A stretch of 63,396 bases of DNA, filler included, from Olpidium bornovanus S191 (Eukaryota > Fungi > Olpidiomycota), in assembly GCA_017911155.1 (NCBI GenBank). It is 30 parts of 30 records of this genome, joined end to end, with 100 filler letters (N's around TTAATTAATTAA, not from the genome) between each part and the next. Parts side by side here need not be neighbours in the genome. Positions count along the whole stretch, not along the records: positions 57,771 to 59,851 come from JAEFCI010006984.1; positions 59,952 to 60,997 come from JAEFCI010006854.1; positions 61,098 to 63,396 come from JAEFCI010011389.1; 27 more parts are not named here. The stretch is one strand, 5' to 3'. The position numbers and the translations under genes were made by a program. A model generated the notes under the pieces. The model had not been told where the DNA came from. It saw only the letters and a program-made list of their open reading frames with translations, and did no database searches. Of the stretch, positions 58,293 to 63,396 are shown one piece after another; position 1 is the first letter of the stretch; each line of letters starts with the position of its first letter.

Positions 58293-59600
58293 TTAACCTT
58301 GCCGCAGTACAAATAAGCACACCGTGCTCGCGCACAACGCGCTGGACGAGTGTATACGACGTTTCCTCTGTTGGTTTGTTCCTGGTGCGGTGGCCGACGA
58401 CCCAGCCGGAGAGGTGTTCCACTGCGATCTGGAAGTAGCGAAAGCCCGCGGAGGGGAAAAGTGCCCCGCTGCTGTCCAAGTGCCATACTTCAAAGAAACC
58501 CGGGAGCGAACTCGAGCCTTCCGACGGGGGGTCCTCGTCGCGCGGCTTCCCGCGCCATTGACACATATCGCAGCTCAGGACGTAGCTGCGCACGTCCTCC
58601 TCGATCCCCGGTCAAAACTAGCGCGTGCGGACGCGAATTAGGGACGACCCGCTCCCATAGTGCCCTTGGCGATCGTGGAGCTCCTCTAGAATTGCCGTTT
58701 TCTTGCGCTCGTTGCAGCCCAGGACGACACGGCGCGGCGGCCAGTCTGGTGTGCGCTTGTGCAGTAGCCGGCCGACAAGAAGAAACCGGGACAGACGACG
58801 ACGGAGCCGGGGCGGGAGAGTACTCGGTTTTTCCTGGTCTAACGCTTGGCCGATGGAGACGAGGTCGGAGTCCGCGGTGTTCAGGAGCGGACTGATCGCA
58901 ATTGGCGGATTGAGACCGCTCGGCGTTCCGGCAGCGGAGATGCGCACTGCCAACACCGGCCATCTCGGAATGCCAACTGCGATCTGGTTGTCTGTGTAGC
59001 CAGGAAGAAACAGGTCAAAATCGCGAGGAAGGCGCGAAACCACGCCGGGTGGAGCTTCCCGTCGGAGGTTGAAGTGCGTGGGCGTGCACGGTGGGCAAAC
59101 CGATCGGTGTCAATGGCGTCGTCGCGGGAAATGGAAGACGTGCGCAGAATCATCGGAACAAAACATCCCTCGGGGGTGCGAAGAACGCCCCCAAAATCAT
59201 CACTTAACAGAACGTTATCCTCCACGCCGTCGTCGAGCAACCCGACGTCCTGCGGCCTCTCCCCCTCCTGCTTGTCGACGGGGTGGAGGCGGGAGAGCGC
59301 GTCCGCATCGCGATGGCGGGCAGCGCTGCGTTGGCGGCAGTCGAAGGGGAAGTCAGCCAAGAACATGACCCAGCGGGCGAACTTCCCACTCAAGTCTGGC
59401 TTCTTGATTAAGTCGACGATCGCGGTGCAGTCGGTCCATAGTATAAACGGATTATGGAGAAAATACAGGCGGTATTCCCGGCAGGCGTGAACGACGGCAA
59501 GGCATTCCCGCTCCGGCTGGCTGTAATTCCGCTCCGTACGCAAAAATTTCCAGCTGCCGTAATAGCAGACGCGGTGGTGGCCGCTGTCATCGTGTTGGTA
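58293..59600 (-). mobile_element. Ty3/Gypsy pol relic (RNase H, integrase H2C2, rve start)
   Basis: ERNYSQPERECLAVVHA...F.LWTDC.A...ARWVMFLADF...DADALSR; ILEELHDRQGHYG...F*PGIEEDVRSYVLSCDMCQ; FEVWHLD...RYFQIAVEHLSGW. Frameshifts and a TGG>TGA stop. Confidence 0.92.
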
Positions 59601-60943
59601 AAGGTTTCCGGAAATGGTGAACGGCCTGGTGTCGGGAGACTGCTGACTCCGACGGGGTTGTGGCAGGCTGGGACGGGCAGCAATGGGCTGTTTTACGCGT
59701 GCGGATTGCCGTAGGTACGGGTGCCCGCGCGACAGCGGGGTCCTCTTCTTGCCGTTATCGCGGCTCTCTTCGACGCGGGCTTCGGCGCGCTCCCCTTGCT
59801 CCCCAATACCGCCCTCCAACCCCAGGAGCAGCCAACCGCCCACTCGAAGGGNNNNNNNNNNNNNNNNNNNNNNNNNNNNNNNNNNNNNNNNNNNNTTAAT
59901 TAATTAANNNNNNNNNNNNNNNNNNNNNNNNNNNNNNNNNNNNNNNNNNNNGAAAGGGCAGCAGAGGAAAAGGGCAAAAAGGGAAAGGGAAAAAAAAAAA
60001 AAAAAAGGGCGGGGAGAGGGGGAGAAGTGGGAGGGGGGAGATGAGGAGGGAAAACATTAATTTCCACGCATGAAAGGAAGTAATATGGAACCGAAAACCG
60101 CTGAGGTTGGGAGGGGAAGGGGGATCTGGAATACGCGCCTCGGGAAAGGAAAAAAAAAAAAAAAACAGGAAACGAAGACCGCAAAAGAAAAATAAGCAGA
60201 AAAGCTCCCTACGTTTTCGTGCAAATCACGGTAAGCAAGGGAAAGCGCGAGAGAGAACGAACCAACCCGTCGAAAAGGAATGATTGGAACGAATGGAATA
60301 AGATATACAGAGGCGTCTTCGAAGGAGGGGTGGGGGGTGGGGAATCCTGCTAAAGTTGCAAAAAAAAAGTTCCAGTTTTTCCCGCCTGACAAAGACGACG
60401 AACTACCGTTATAGACTAAGAGGGAAACGGAAAAGCAGAAGGAGATGCAAAAGAAAAACAAAAGGAAGGGCGGGAAAGAAGGGGGAAGGGAGGGGGGAGA
60501 AAAACCGGCATAAGCAAAACAGGAGCGAGAGGAAACGGGCGGGGGTGGGGGGGGGGGGAAGCAAGAGGGAGGGAAAAAGGAGAAATGTAAGAGGGGGTTA
60601 TTCGTTCGCCCATCTTGGAACATTACAAAAAGGTAAAATCGTTGTAGGCTCGTCCGGTAGAGGGGTAACGACGCGTAACAGCGGATCACCCAGCGCGCGC
60701 CCCCAGTGGTCTCATTGCTCTAGGCTCAGCCGGTTCATCGGTACGGGTGTGAACGTGGCCAGGTCAATTCCTCGGCTTCGCAGCTCCGCTTCGGCGTGCG
60801 GCGGGACCAGCTTCTTGTTGAGTTCTGGCCGGATTGATAACTCTGCGAGCACCAAGTTACGCGCGGAATCCAGGCGTAGAGGCAGCCGACAATCAGCTTC
60901 CTCTGCATTGAGAGGGGGGGGGCGGGGGGGGGGGGGGGGGGGG

Positions 60944-60976
<33 letters not shown>

Positions 60977-61097
60977 GCCCCCCCCCCCCCCCCTTGCNNN
61001 NNNNNNNNNNNNNNNNNNNNNNNNNNNNNNNNNNNNNNNNNTTAATTAATTAANNNNNNNNNNNNNNNNNNNNNNNNNNNNNNNNNNNNNNNNNNNN

Positions 61098-63335
<2,238 letters not shown>

Positions 63336-63341
63336 GAGAGG

Positions 63342-63384
<43 letters not shown>

Positions 63385-63396
63385 AGGAAGGGGGGA

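Overview
This window is not one locus. It joins 30 short contigs (about 1-4 kb) with 29 artificial 100-nt spacers (N44-TTAATTAATTAA-N44, stops in all six frames), so gene neighbourhood means nothing across spacers. The DNA is eukaryotic, GC-rich, intron-rich (GT-AG introns, CTAAC/CTGAC branch points) and full of homopolymer runs. Fungal-type housekeeping genes (MAD2, PDH E2/LAT1, NOC4, mitochondrial EF-Tu, RRP1, SRPK) occur with flagellar genes (CFAP263/CCDC113, CDK20). By inference this is a zoosporic, early-diverging fungus, possibly Olpidium-like. Three items stand out. (1) A cleanly spliced 5-exon gene for a phage-type 5-hmdU DNA kinase / aGPT-pyrophosphorylase clade-1 domain, an enzyme of thymine hypermodification, with a SUMO-interacting motif and repeats in its tail (55548-57574, minus). 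(2) An HDV-like self-cleaving ribozyme (40364-40433) flanked by tandem covarying hairpins. (3) A frameshifted Fanzor2/TnpB-type RNA-guided nuclease relic filling contig 18202-19388. Also present: an intronless PARP-like ADP-ribosyltransferase, intronless GT92 and O-fucosyltransferase genes, a small secreted N/K/A-rich protein, Copia and Gypsy relics, an interstitial telomeric tract and a strong excess of contig ends at CATG. All family calls come from motif recognition by eye; no database searches were run.
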